NCBI GenBank assembly: GCA_903959175.1
Contig: CAJBVW010000019.1
Location: 1 to 57,670 of the forward strand
DNA: 57,670 bases
Source of the DNA: an uncultured Pseudomonadota bacterium
GTDB lineage: Bacteria > Myxococcota_A > UBA796 > SXON01
Direction of reading: 5' to 3'
Part shown: positions 48,639 through 57,670 of the stretch, piece after piece
Numbering within the stretch: the first letter of the stretch is position 1
Layout of the letters: every line of letters starts with the position of its first letter
Program-made: the position numbers and the translations under genes
Notes under the pieces: model-generated
Told to the model about the DNA's origin: nothing
The model's database searches: none
The model's input: only the letters and a program-made list of their open reading frames with translations

Positions 48639-49330
48639 CCCGCCCTCCAGAAGTGGCGCGCGTAGCGGAGCAGCGGGGCGGGCCCCGCGGTCGGGGCGGG
48701 CCCGGCGGCGTCGAGCGTCACGTCCTCAGGGGGGCTCCGCGCCGCGAGGGGCGTGCGCGCCACGGCGGCCAGGGCCTCCCGCGCGGTGGAGGAGTCGGGG
48801 TCGACCGAGGCGAGGCGGCGCCAGAGCGCGACCGCGCGCTCCGGGTGGCCCGCACGGGCGAACCGATCCGCGAGACGGGGGTGATCGAAGGGGTCTCCGC
48901 CGCGCGCGGAAGGCGCCTCGACCCGCTCGCCGGTTGGCGGCAGGTGGGCGCGGAGGGCGGCGTCCGGATGGTTCGCCATCTCCAGCCGCTCGATGAGCGG
49001 GCGCGCCTCGACCATGCGGCCGTCCTCGACGAAGAGGCGGGCGAGCAGGGAGGCGGCGGCGAGGTTCTCGGGGTCACCCGCGACGACGTCCTGGAGGACC
49101 TCGGCGGCAAGGGGGCGGTTCCCCATCTCGAGGTGGATGCGCCCGAGGACGACGCGCGCGGGGGCGTGGTCGGGGTGCACGCGGAACCCCTCGCGGAGCA
49201 CCTGGAGGCCCTCGCCGAAGCGACCGCCCCGCCGAAGCGCGTCAGCGAGGGCGACGAACACCGTCGACCTGGGCTCGTCGCGCAGGCGCCTGGAGAGGCG
49301 AGCGATGTCCGCCTCGGCCGCGCTGGTCAT
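48635..49330 (-). CDS. TPR repeat protein
   Basis: [38 protein letters not shown]; coupled to aroQ. Confidence 0.8.
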   Translation of the reverse strand: MTSAAEADIARLSRRLRDEPRSTVFVALADALRRGGRFGEGLQVLREGFRVHPDHAPARVVLGRIHLEMGNRPLAAEVLQDVVAGDPENLAAASLLARLFVEDGRMVEARPLIERLEMANHPDAALRAHLPPTGERVEAPSARGGDPFDHPRLADRFARAGHPERAVALWRRLASVDPDSSTAREALAAVARTPLAARSPPEDVTLDAAGPAPTAGPAPLLRYARHFWRAG

Positions 49331-49333
49331 CGG

Positions 49334-49900
49334 CTACTGGAAGTCGTAGGTCCAGGAGTCCGCGGCGACGCCGATGCTGGCGAAGATGGGGATGGGGAAG
49401 ACCTCCCCCTCGTCGTCGACGGGGATGGAGTCGATGAACACGTAGAAGTCGAGGATCCCACGGTTGTCGGTGCCGCCCCGGTAGTACGTCGGGCGGAGGC
49501 CCCCGAGGTCGGTGTAGTCGCCGCCGAACTCGACGTAGCGGTCCTCGCCGATGTCGAACCAGGCCGCGCACTCCTCGGAGCCGTCGGTCTCGCAGGCCTC
49601 TTCGTACTCGGTCACGGTGGTCACCGCGGTGGCCGGGATGATGTAGGCCTCCGACCACCCCGAGGTGAGCTCCACCAGGATGTTGTTCAGGGGCATGGTG
49701 CGACCCTGCTCGGTGTCCTCGATGGTGACCATCACCTGCTCGCGGAGGAGGAGGCCGACGCCGTCGTCCGGGTCGTTGTAGGCGAGGTCGAAGATCGGGC
49801 CCGTTTCGTCGCTACCCGTGAGGTACACGATCTCGGCGCCGACCGGCGCGCCGTAGGGGCCCATGGCGCAACCGAGGGTGAGGGCGAGGAGGATGGACAT
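49334..49900 (-). CDS. Hypothetical acidic lipoprotein (Ig-like beta-rich)
   Basis: MSILLALTLGC lipobox; strong GC3 bias; SD GGAG upstream. Confidence 0.75.
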   Translation of the reverse strand: MSILLALTLGCAMGPYGAPVGAEIVYLTGSDETGPIFDLAYNDPDDGVGLLLREQVMVTIEDTEQGRTMPLNNILVELTSGWSEAYIIPATAVTTVTEYEEACETDGSEECAAWFDIGEDRYVEFGGDYTDLGGLRPTYYRGGTDNRGILDFYVFIDSIPVDDEGEVFPIPIFASIGVAADSWTYDFQ

Positions 49901-49927
49901 CGGCGACTCCGTGTTGCCCGCGGGCGG

Positions 49928-51016
49928 CTACCGGTCGATAGGAAGGGCCTGGATGAGCGTAGGCACCTCGTCCAGGGGGAGCGAGCGCAGCTCGATCCGA
50001 CCCGGCGCGTACGGCACCACGATCCGGAGCATACCACGCAGGCGCTTCTTGTCATAGCCGACGGCCCGCGCGAGTGCGGCGGGGTCGACATCCGCCGGCG
50101 CGGAGATCGGAAGTCCGAGGGCGGCGATCAGCGATTCCAGGCGCCGCGGCAGGGACGGCTCGGTGAGCCAGCCCTCGGCCTCCGCGAAGCGGGTGATCCC
50201 GAGCAGGCCCAGCGCGACGGCCTCGCCGTGGCGGAGGACGCCGTAGCCACAGACCGACTCGAGCGCGTGGCCCAGCGTGTGGCCGAGGTTGAGCACGGCG
50301 CGACGGCCCTGCTCGTGGGGATCGTCCGCGACCACGGCGGCCTTCGTGCGCACCGAGTCCGCGACCATCCGCGCGAGGGCGGCGGGATCGCGCGCGACGA
50401 GCGCTGGCGCGAGGGCCTCGCAGGTGGCGAGGGCCTCCTCTCCGGCGAGCACCGCGTGCTTGACGATCTCGCCGAAGCCGCAGCGGAGCTCGGCGTCGGG
50501 CAACGTGGCGAGCGTGTCGAGCGCGGCCCACACGAGGATCGGCTGGTGGAACGCGCCGACGAGGTTCTTCCCGCTCGCGGTGTTCACCCCGGTCTTCCCG
50601 CCGACGGAGGAGTCGACCATCGCGAGGAGCGTCGTCGGGACCTGGACCAGCGGCACGCCGCGCAGCACGGTGGCCGCGGCGAACCCGACGATGTCGCCGG
50701 TGACGCCGCCGCCGAGCGCGAGCACGGGGGTCTGCCGGTCGACGCGCGCCGCGAGCAGGCCGCCCACGAGCGCTTCCCAGGTCGCGAGCGTCTTGTTGGC
50801 CTCCCCGTCGGGGACCTCCAGCTGCTCGACGTGCCAGCCCGCGCCCTCCAGCTCCGCGCGGAGGCGTGCAGCGTGGAGCGGCGCCACCACGGGGTTGGTG
50901 ACGACGACGCACCGCCCGGGGCCGCGCCCCACGGCCAACGCCGCGCCGAGGCCGGTCAGGCCCTCCGCGACCACCACGTCGTACTCCGCTCCGCCCGCCA
51001 CTACGGGGATGTGCAC
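49928..51016 (-). CDS. aroB: 3-dehydroquinate synthase
   Basis: PDGEANKT, ALGGGVTGDIVGF, PTTLLAMVDSSVGGKTG, LNLGHTLGHALE, HGEAV. Confidence 0.98.
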   Translation of the reverse strand: MHIPVVAGGAEYDVVVAEGLTGLGAALAVGRGPGRCVVVTNPVVAPLHAARLRAELEGAGWHVEQLEVPDGEANKTLATWEALVGGLLAARVDRQTPVLALGGGVTGDIVGFAAATVLRGVPLVQVPTTLLAMVDSSVGGKTGVNTASGKNLVGAFHQPILVWAALDTLATLPDAELRCGFGEIVKHAVLAGEEALATCEALAPALVARDPAALARMVADSVRTKAAVVADDPHEQGRRAVLNLGHTLGHALESVCGYGVLRHGEAVALGLLGITRFAEAEGWLTEPSLPRRLESLIAALGLPISAPADVDPAALARAVGYDKKRLRGMLRIVVPYAPGRIELRSLPLDEVPTLIQALPIDR

Positions 51017-51480
51017 AGCGCCTCCACGCGATCCGCGACTTCGCGCGGATCCCGGCCCTCCGTATCCACCCAGGGCCCCGCCGCGCGGTGCGCCGCGTCC
51101 CTCGCAGCCAGCAGCGCCTCCAGGTTCGGCGCGAGCGGGCGGCCGACTCCCTCGCCGATCCGGGCGCGCAGGGTCGGCGCGGCCCCCATCAGGACCACCA
51201 CGCGCCACCCCTCAAGCCGGCGGCGGTTGGCGGGGTCGACCACGGTGCCCCCGCCGAGCGCGAGCACGCCGTGGCCGGCGACCGCGCGCACGAGAACCTC
51301 GGCCTCACGTCGTCGGAACGACGCCTCACCACCGGACGCGAAGAGCGCGGGAATGTCCCCGATCTCGGAGTCGAGATCCAGGAAGGGCACGCCCCAACGC
51401 TCCGCGAGGAGCCGCCCGACGGTCGACTTGCCGGCGCCCATCGGGCCCGCGAGGGCCAGGCGAACCGGCGCGTGGACCAC
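51001..51480 (-). CDS. aroK: Shikimate kinase
   Basis: GPMGAGKSTVG, FLDLD, GEASFRRRE, LGGG, RPL. Confidence 0.95.
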   Translation of the reverse strand: MVHAPVRLALAGPMGAGKSTVGRLLAERWGVPFLDLDSEIGDIPALFASGGEASFRRREAEVLVRAVAGHGVLALGGGTVVDPANRRRLEGWRVVVLMGAAPTLRARIGEGVGRPLAPNLEALLAARDAAHRAAGPWVDTEGRDPREVADRVEALCTSP

Positions 51481-53811
51481 TTAGTCCTCCGACTCCAGCG
51501 GGACGATGCGCGGCGTGATGAACACCAGCATCTCGTCCTGGATCCGGGCCTTCTCCGAGTTCTTGAAGAGCAGCCCGATGATGGGAATGCTCCCGAAGAA
51601 CGGGACCCGCGTCTGCTTCTGGCTCTCGCTCGTGGCGTAGACGCCGCCGAGGACCGTGGTGTCGCCGTCCGGGACGAGCACGCGCGTCGAGATCGACTTG
51701 GTGGTGATCGCCGGGTTGCCGCCCACGCCCGCCGCGAAGTCCGGGCGGTCGTTCGACACCTTGATGTCGAGGAAGATCGTGCCGTCCGACGTGATGTGCG
51801 GGGTCACGGCCAGCTCGAGGTTCGCCTCGACGAACTGGACCTGGGTGCCGTTCTGGCTGGTCGAGACGAACGGGATGCGCGCGCCTTGGATGACGGTCGC
51901 CTCCTCGTTGTCCAGCGCGGTCACGCGCGGGCTCGAGATGATCTTGCCCCAGCCCTCGGCCTCGATGGCGGAGAGACGCGCGTCGAGGTTGAGCAGTCCG
52001 GGGATGCTGCCGAGCGAGAAGCCGAGCGCGCCCGCCGAGCCGGTCGCGGCGAGGTCGACGAGGAGGTTGTCCGCCGCCGAGTCGAAGCCGACGTTGCCGC
52101 CGCTCCCGCCGCTGACGCCGACGCTGCTCGGGAAGAACGCGCCGGTGGGGTACCCGGTCGCCGCCGAAGCATCGACCGCGCCGCCCCACTCGATGCCGAG
52201 GCTGCGGGAGAAGTTGCTGGTCGCCTCGACGAAGCGGGCCTCGATGCTGACCTGCCGGTTGGGCTTGTCGAGCGTGCGCAGCAGCTCGCGGATCTGGGCG
52301 ACGTTGTCTTCCTGGTCGCGCACGATGAGCTGGTTGCCGCGCGAGTCGACCTGGACGCTGCCGCGCGCCGAGAGCACCGAGGTGACCTGCTCGACGAGCT
52401 CGTCCGCCTGGGCGTAGTTGAGCGGCGCCACGTAGAGCTGGAGCTCGGCGAGGTCGTCCTTGGTCTTCTCGGTCTCGAGGGAGGCCTGCTGCTCCGCCTT
52501 GATCGTCTCGAGCGGCGCGATGCGCACGATGTTGCCGAGGCGCTCCGCGCCGAGGCCCTTGGCCTGGAGGACGGCGCCGAGCGCCTCGTCCCAGGGCACG
52601 TCCTTCAGGCGCACCGTCACCTTCCCCGAGACGTCGTCGGAGGTGATGATGTTGATGTCCGCGAAGTCCGCGATGAAGCGGAACACCACATGGATGTCCG
52701 CTTCCTGCAGATCGATGCTCATCCGCTTGCCGTTCGAGCGGGAGGAGTTGGAGCTCTTCACGTCGGAGGCGAAGCCGAAGGAGCCGGGGGCGGAGGTGCC
52801 GCCGCCGCTGCCGAAGACGGCTTGGGGGTCGACCGAGCGGCCGTTCCCCGTGATGAGGACCTCGGAGCCATTGGAGTTGGAGAGGCCCTCGCCGCCGTTG
52901 GTGGCGGGCGTGCCCGGCGCGGCCGGGACCGCACGGCTCACCGCCGCGCCCTGGAGCGCAGCCTCGCGCTTGGCGAGGATGTCGGCCGGGATGCGGATGG
53001 AGAGCACGGTGAGGCCGCCCTCGCGGGAAACCTCGTACTCGGCGCCTTCGCGCAGGCCGACGGTGATGCGCGCGCCCGCCGCGGTAGGCGCGGCGCGGAC
53101 GGAGTCGACCGCGCTGTAGAAGAAGCGGGTGTCGATCTCGCGGCCGAGGCTCTCCGCGATGCGGGCGCCGGGGAGGTCGATCGCGATGGTGTTCCGCGAC
53201 GGCTGGGACACGGCGGGCTCCACGTCCTTCGAGCCGATGAGGATGCGGCTGACGCGATCCTTCTGCTGGAAGTCGAGCGTGGTGAGCGCGGGGCCACTGA
53301 TCGCGGCCAGGGGACCGGAGAGCTTGACGCCGTCCACCGTGGGGGCGCCGAGGGCGTCCGCGAGGGGGTCGGAGACGGCGCCCGCGGTGAGCGTCAACAC
53401 GATCGCGCCAGGCTCGCTCTTGATGTCCCACTGGGCGGGCCCCGTGAGCCACAACGTCACGCGCACGTTGTCCGTGCCGTCGTTGAACGTGCCGTACTCG
53501 GCGCGCGAGACGATGCCGCCGCTGCCGAGCGCGGCGTCGGCACCGAGGCGAGCGCCCGCGATGTCGAGCACGAGGCGCTCGGGGTTGGTCTGACGGAACG
53601 GGCTGACGGACGGCTGTCCGCTGGTCGCGTCGACCGCGATGCGGACGACGGTCACCCCCGACGCGGTGCCGATCTGGGCGCTACCGACCGTGAGCGGATC
53701 CGCCGCGAAGGCGGGAGCGACAGCGAGCGCGGAGAGCAGGACGATCCCGGCCACACGACCGGCGGGGAGGAGCCTGCGCATACCCGAATCCCCAATAAAG
53801 AAGCGGATCAT
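51481..53811 (-). CDS. pilQ: Type IV pilus secretin with AMIN domains
   Basis: PERLVLDI (AMIN), SIDLQEADI, VPWDEAL, QVSIEARFVE, LAVTPHIT, RVPFFGSIPIIGLLFK, VFITPRI. Alternative ATG start at 53781. Confidence 0.97.
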   Translation of the reverse strand: MIRFFIGDSGMRRLLPAGRVAGIVLLSALAVAPAFAADPLTVGSAQIGTASGVTVVRIAVDATSGQPSVSPFRQTNPERLVLDIAGARLGADAALGSGGIVSRAEYGTFNDGTDNVRVTLWLTGPAQWDIKSEPGAIVLTLTAGAVSDPLADALGAPTVDGVKLSGPLAAISGPALTTLDFQQKDRVSRILIGSKDVEPAVSQPSRNTIAIDLPGARIAESLGREIDTRFFYSAVDSVRAAPTAAGARITVGLREGAEYEVSREGGLTVLSIRIPADILAKREAALQGAAVSRAVPAAPGTPATNGGEGLSNSNGSEVLITGNGRSVDPQAVFGSGGGTSAPGSFGFASDVKSSNSSRSNGKRMSIDLQEADIHVVFRFIADFADINIITSDDVSGKVTVRLKDVPWDEALGAVLQAKGLGAERLGNIVRIAPLETIKAEQQASLETEKTKDDLAELQLYVAPLNYAQADELVEQVTSVLSARGSVQVDSRGNQLIVRDQEDNVAQIRELLRTLDKPNRQVSIEARFVEATSNFSRSLGIEWGGAVDASAATGYPTGAFFPSSVGVSGGSGGNVGFDSAADNLLVDLAATGSAGALGFSLGSIPGLLNLDARLSAIEAEGWGKIISSPRVTALDNEEATVIQGARIPFVSTSQNGTQVQFVEANLELAVTPHITSDGTIFLDIKVSNDRPDFAAGVGGNPAITTKSISTRVLVPDGDTTVLGGVYATSESQKQTRVPFFGSIPIIGLLFKNSEKARIQDEMLVFITPRIVPLESED

Positions 53812-54296
53812 TTCCTTGCCTCGGTGGGGAAGCACACCGTTACGGGGTTGACGACGAGCTCGCCGTCGAGTGTCTGGTACTCCTCGGTCACCACGACGCA
53901 GCCGTCGGAGATGGACGTGACCTTCCCCCAGTTGCGACCGACGTAGGTACCGACGCGAATCGAGTGCCCGGTGCCTTCCGGATCGACGAGCAGGGCCTGT
54001 GGCCGCGTCGTGTTCCAGATGACGCCCGCGAGCGTGTACTTGTCGATGTCCCAGCGCTGGAGAGCGGGCGCGTCCTCCCGAATTTCTTCGGCGGTGCCCC
54101 GCTTGATGAAGCTCTGGAAGGGATCACGCTTGCCGGCGGGGTTGTAGAAATACTCCTGCACCCCCTCCGTGCTGGCGGCGGCCACCGCGGCCTTGGGAGG
54201 CGGCTTGGGGGGGGTGATCGCACCGCCACCCGACGGCACCGGCTCGCCGCAGCCCACCACCGCGACGACACACAGGAAGAGCGGGAACCTACTCAT
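53808..54296 (-). CDS. pilP: Type IV pilus assembly lipoprotein
   Basis: VVGC lipobox, YNPAGKRDPF, LQRWDI, VGTYVGRNWGKV. Confidence 0.95.
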   Translation of the reverse strand: MSRFPLFLCVVAVVGCGEPVPSGGGAITPPKPPPKAAVAAASTEGVQEYFYNPAGKRDPFQSFIKRGTAEEIREDAPALQRWDIDKYTLAGVIWNTTRPQALLVDPEGTGHSIRVGTYVGRNWGKVTSISDGCVVVTEEYQTLDGELVVNPVTVCFPTEARK

Positions 54297-54924
54297 CGCC
54301 GCCCCCTCCCGCTGCTTTCTTCGGCTTCTTCGCGTTGCGGCCGGCTTCGATCTCCGCCTCGGTGAGGAAGCGGTAGGTCACCGCCTGCGCGCTCACCTTC
54401 AGGCTCGTCTCGGAGCCAGACTGGACCGGGTCCGTCATCTCGATGTCCTGCACGGAGACGATGCGGCCCATCTTGCGGACCTTGTCGAAGAAGATGCCGA
54501 TCTCGTGGAAGCTCCCGTCCATGACGAGCTGCACCGGCACGTCCGCGAAGTACTCGTGGAGCACCTCGGGGAGCGGCTGGAAGCGGCGCACGTCCAGGCC
54601 GGACTTGCGCGCGTGCCCGTCGATCTCGGAGAGCAGCCCGGGGATCTCGCGATCGTTCGGGAGTTCCTTGAGGGCCTGCTTGAGCTCGGTGGCGAGGGTC
54701 TCGAGCTCGGCCTCGAAGGAGGCGCGGTTCTCGGCGCGGGTACGCACCTGATCCCGCTTGGTTGTGAGCTCGGCGCGGGTCGCGTTCGCCAGGTCGATAT
54801 CTGCCAGGGTCGGCGAGATCAACGAGAAGAAGAACACCACACAAATCAGCAGGTACCCGAGCCCGACCAGCAACAACCGTTGCGAGCGGGGGAGCTTGGT
54901 GTACCGATCGAGGAACTGGCTCAC
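54289..54924 (-). CDS. pilO: Type IV pilus assembly protein
   Basis: LPNDREIPGLL, YFADVPV, GSFHEIGIFF, AVTYRF. Confidence 0.95.
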   Translation of the reverse strand: MSQFLDRYTKLPRSQRLLLVGLGYLLICVVFFFSLISPTLADIDLANATRAELTTKRDQVRTRAENRASFEAELETLATELKQALKELPNDREIPGLLSEIDGHARKSGLDVRRFQPLPEVLHEYFADVPVQLVMDGSFHEIGIFFDKVRKMGRIVSVQDIEMTDPVQSGSETSLKVSAQAVTYRFLTEAEIEAGRNAKKPKKAAGGGGDE

Positions 54925-55613
54925 GCGCCACCTCCGGTGGCCGGCGCAGGCGCCGCGCCGTCAGCAGGAGCGACCGGGGCGGGCGCCGCCGGCGCGGGGG
55001 CCGGCACCGCGCCCGCAGGTGCCGCGGCACCCTCGACCGCCGGGGTCGCCTCGGCCACGACCGCGGGGGTGACCAGCTTCGCGGTCAACTTGAACTTCTT
55101 CAGGGTGATCGAGATGTTCTTCTCGGGGGGCATCGCCTCGATGTCCACGAGGTAGACCTTCTCGAGGTAGGGCGAGTCGTCCAGGGCGCGGAGGAACTGG
55201 CTGATCACGTCGTTGCTGACGGAGACGCCGCTGAGCTCGAGCTCGCCCGCCTTCTCTTTGACGCTCGTGATGAAGAGCTTCTCCGGCGTGGCGACGGCGA
55301 TCTCGTCCAACATGTGGACCGGACCGGCCTTCTTGTCGCGGAGGCTCTGGATGACCGCGAGCTTGCGCTCGAGCTCGGCCTTGAACTTCTCCATCTCGTC
55401 GACCTTCGCAACGTCGGCTGCGAGGCGGTCGATCTCGGCTTGGAGGGCCGCGTTCTCGTCCTGGGTGGCGCTGAGCTGCCAGGTGAACAACGCCCAGGTG
55501 GCGCCGGCCAACACCGTGACCAGAAGCCCACCCGCGACCGCGAGGGAGAGCTCCAGACGAGCGGCTTCGAGTTTACGGGTCTGCCGGACAGGCAGGAGGT
55601 TGATGCGGATCAT
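54921..55613 (-). CDS. pilN: Type IV pilus assembly protein
   Basis: MIRINLLP, TM segment, KLAVIQSL, GPVHMLDEI. Confidence 0.95.
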   Translation of the reverse strand: MIRINLLPVRQTRKLEAARLELSLAVAGGLLVTVLAGATWALFTWQLSATQDENAALQAEIDRLAADVAKVDEMEKFKAELERKLAVIQSLRDKKAGPVHMLDEIAVATPEKLFITSVKEKAGELELSGVSVSNDVISQFLRALDDSPYLEKVYLVDIEAMPPEKNISITLKKFKLTAKLVTPAVVAEATPAVEGAAAPAGAVPAPAPAAPAPVAPADGAAPAPATGGGA

Positions 55614-56680
55614 TTGTCGTCCGGCCTCCGCAACCCGAGCCCGACCACCACGGCCGCCTGCGGGGCCACATCCTGGAGGAAGCGCGGCTTGAACGCGCGC
55701 TCGTCCACCTGGATCTTCTTGAAGGGGTCCACGATCTCGACCGCGCACCCGCACAAGCGCTGGAGCGCGGTGCGCAGACCGGGGGTCGACGCGGCGCCGC
55801 CCGAGAGGGCGACCTTCGCGAGGGGCGCGCCGCCCGAAGTGGACAGGAAGAAGTCCAGCGACCGATGGATCTCGCCGGCGATGGTGTCCGAGACGGTCGA
55901 AAGCACGCGCTCGACCTCTTCCGGGACGACCGCGGAGCGGTCCTTCTCTCCGCCGCCGACCTTGAAGGCCTCGGCCTCCTCGTAGGAGACGTTCATAGAG
56001 CGCTGAATCTCCTCGGTGTAGGCCCGGCCGCCCATCGCGATGTCGCGCGTGAACGCGCTGACACCGTTGCGGAGGACGTTGAGGTTCACCGTGGAGGCAC
56101 CCACGTTCACGAGCGCGGTGGGCTCGCGGGGGGTGTCGTAATTGAGGTTGTACTGGTTCTCGAGGGCGAAGGCCGCCACGTCGATCACCGCGGGGCGCAG
56201 GCCGGCTTCGAGCACCAGGCTCTGGTACTCGTTGATCAGCTCCTTGCGGGCCGCCACGAGGAGCACTTCCATCTGCCCGGCTTCGTCGGCCTGGCCCTTA
56301 AGGATGTGGGCGTCGATGTTGACGTCGTTCACATCGAAGGGGATGTACTGCTCCGCCTCCCAGGTGATGGACTCCTCCAGCTCCTGCTGGGTCATCACCG
56401 GAAGCGAGATCCGCTTGATGATGACCGAGTTGCCCGCGACCCCGACGATCGCGTCCTTGGACTTGACGCGGTGTCGGGCGAGCAGCTCGCGGATGGTGGC
56501 GACCACCGCGCTGGTGTTCATGAAGGCGCCGTCGACGATGGCCTCGGGAGGCACAGGAGCGATGCCGAAGTGCTTCAGGCGGCGACGCCCGGCACGATCG
56601 GTCTCAAACTCCAGGAGCTTGACGTGGCTGGACCCGATGTCCAGTGCGACTGCATTTCGGGGACGGGCAAACAGGGCCAA
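55610..56680 (-). CDS. pilM: Type IV pilus assembly protein
   Basis: VALDIGSSHVK, EAIVDG, WEAEQYIPF, VLLVAA, SLDFF, LSGG, GLGLR. TTG start after SD GAAGGA. Confidence 0.96.
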   Translation of the reverse strand: MALFARPRNAVALDIGSSHVKLLEFETDRAGRRRLKHFGIAPVPPEAIVDGAFMNTSAVVATIRELLARHRVKSKDAIVGVAGNSVIIKRISLPVMTQQELEESITWEAEQYIPFDVNDVNIDAHILKGQADEAGQMEVLLVAARKELINEYQSLVLEAGLRPAVIDVAAFALENQYNLNYDTPREPTALVNVGASTVNLNVLRNGVSAFTRDIAMGGRAYTEEIQRSMNVSYEEAEAFKVGGGEKDRSAVVPEEVERVLSTVSDTIAGEIHRSLDFFLSTSGGAPLAKVALSGGAASTPGLRTALQRLCGCAVEIVDPFKKIQVDERAFKPRFLQDVAPQAAVVVGLGLRRPDDK

Positions 56681-56706
56681 ACCAATTCCTTCGAAAGGCT
56701 GGAGGC

Positions 56707-56736
56707 TTTGTAGCAGGAAGCGTTCCCGCTGGTCAA
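56707..56736 (-). promoter_or_regulatory. Putative sigma70-type promoter of the pilM operon
   Basis: TTGACC-N18-TACAAA with an extended -10 TG. Confidence 0.45.
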
Positions 56737-56755
56737 CCTTCGGGCGGGCCGCGAT

Positions 56756-57670
56756 ATGATGGAGGCCGTGCGTAGCCCCTCTTTCGTGTCCCTCGCGCCC
56801 TGGCTCGCCGCCGCCGGCGCGGGGGGAGTCGTCTCCCTCGCAGTGCGGCTTTCCAACGACTTGTTCGCCGCCGGTCCCGTCGCGTCGACCGTGGGCGCGG
56901 CCGTAGGGCTGGTCTGGCTCACCCCGGTCACCGCGAACAAGCGCAGTCGTTTGTTTCTGGCCACTGCGGCCGCAGGAATGGTGCTTGCACGCGATCCTTT
57001 TGCGCGCGCCGCGGTGTGGGTGGGGGGCTACACCGCGCTCCCCTTCGTAGCGGCGGGCCTCGGCGCCCTGATCGCCACCGGCTTGAGCGCGCCGCTCCAG
57101 ATCGCCGTGGCGCGCGCGGCGCGCGGGCCCCGAATTTTGGGGGTCGCGAGCTTCGTGGGGGGCGCGTGGCTCGATCCGCGCGCGTTGCTCGCCCTCGTGA
57201 TCCTCCTGGGTGGCGGCGCGCTTCTCGGCGAAGGCCCGCCCGGGGCATCTCCGCGCGCCACGGCGGCGTCCCGCGCGCCACGCGCCCTCGCCGCCGCGCT
57301 CCTCGGCGCGCTCGTGTGTGGCGCGTGGGCCCTCGGCCGAAGCGCGCTGGATCCGACGCCGCTCGGCTTCGTCGCGCTCGGCGCGGGGTTGGCGCTCGGC
57401 GCCACGCTCTTCGGCGCGGCCCGGAGCGCGGTGTTCGGCGTGGTGGTGGCGGCTTCTACCGCCTACTTCACGACTGCGCGCCTCCCCGATCTCCTGGGCG
57501 CGCACCCCTACGCCGGCACCCTCGCCCTCGGCGTCTTCGGCCTGGGCGTGGGGCCCCTCTTCGGGGCGCTCCGCCTCGACCGCGGGAGCGCGGCCGCGGC
57601 GCTCGGGGCCGTCGCCCTCGCGCTCGCGCCGCTCCTCGGGGCGCTGCCCGCCGACGTCGCGGCGCGTGCC
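56756..57670 (+). CDS. Hypothetical polytopic membrane protein, 3'-partial
   Basis: Manual translation MMEAVRSPSFVSLAPWLAAAGAGGVVSLAV... is highly hydrophobic and appears open to the window end. Confidence 0.65.
   Translation, partial: MMEAVRSPSFVSLAPWLAAAGAGGVVSLAVRLSNDLFAAGPVASTVGAAVGLVWLTPVTANKRSRLFLATAAAGMVLARDPFARAAVWVGGYTALPFVAAGLGALIATGLSAPLQIAVARAARGPRILGVASFVGGAWLDPRALLALVILLGGGALLGEGPPGASPRATAASRAPRALAAALLGALVCGAWALGRSALDPTPLGFVALGAGLALGATLFGAARSAVFGVVVAASTAYFTTARLPDLLGAHPYAGTLALGVFGLGVGPLFGALRLDRGSAAAALGAVALALAPLLGALPADVAARA

Noticed and set aside
48653-53946. 943-aa and 952-aa plus-strand ORFs
   Set aside because: Antisense shadows of aroB, aroK and pilQ.
49928-56680. pilMNOPQ-aroK-aroB linkage as a novelty
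   Set aside because: Well-known conserved synteny.

Overview
High-GC, gene-dense chromosomal segment, mostly on the minus strand. It is most likely from a Myxococcota (deltaproteobacterial) organism, judged from MYXO-CTERM, myxosortase-like, AgmX/PglI-like and SgmX-like genes. Most of the window is housekeeping: kdsB-pyrG-lptA-lptB-rpoN, rplM-rpsI, truA, rpsB-tsf-pyrH-frr-uppS-cdsA-rseP-tsaB, secA, tsaD-rsmA, and pilMNOPQ-aroK-aroB...aroQ-accB-accC. The strongest hidden signal is a selenoprotein that the ORF track truncates. It is a lipoprotein with a C-G-U motif (in-frame UGA at 29365-29367 followed by an fdhF-like SECIS hairpin), a degenerate UshA-like domain and four CxxCH hemes. It is translationally coupled to a Gld-type ABC transporter/DUF4340 module upstream and to a CPBP protease, tsaD and rsmA downstream. 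Other notable items are: a single-ORF fusion of a MYXO-CTERM surface protein with a second signal peptide and an outer-membrane beta-barrel; a myxosortase-like gene with an anomalous junction to larE; a frameshifted zinc-ribbon/TonB-C gene; several pseudoenzymes (Usg-like Asd, Cys-less peroxiredoxin-rhodanese fusion, degenerate HD-GYP); an obligatory non-canonical (CTG) start; and 70 nt of foreign AT-rich sequence that replaces the continuation of rpoN at the window edge. No rRNA, tRNA, CRISPR array or transposase was recognised. All calls come from reading motifs by eye; no database searches were run.
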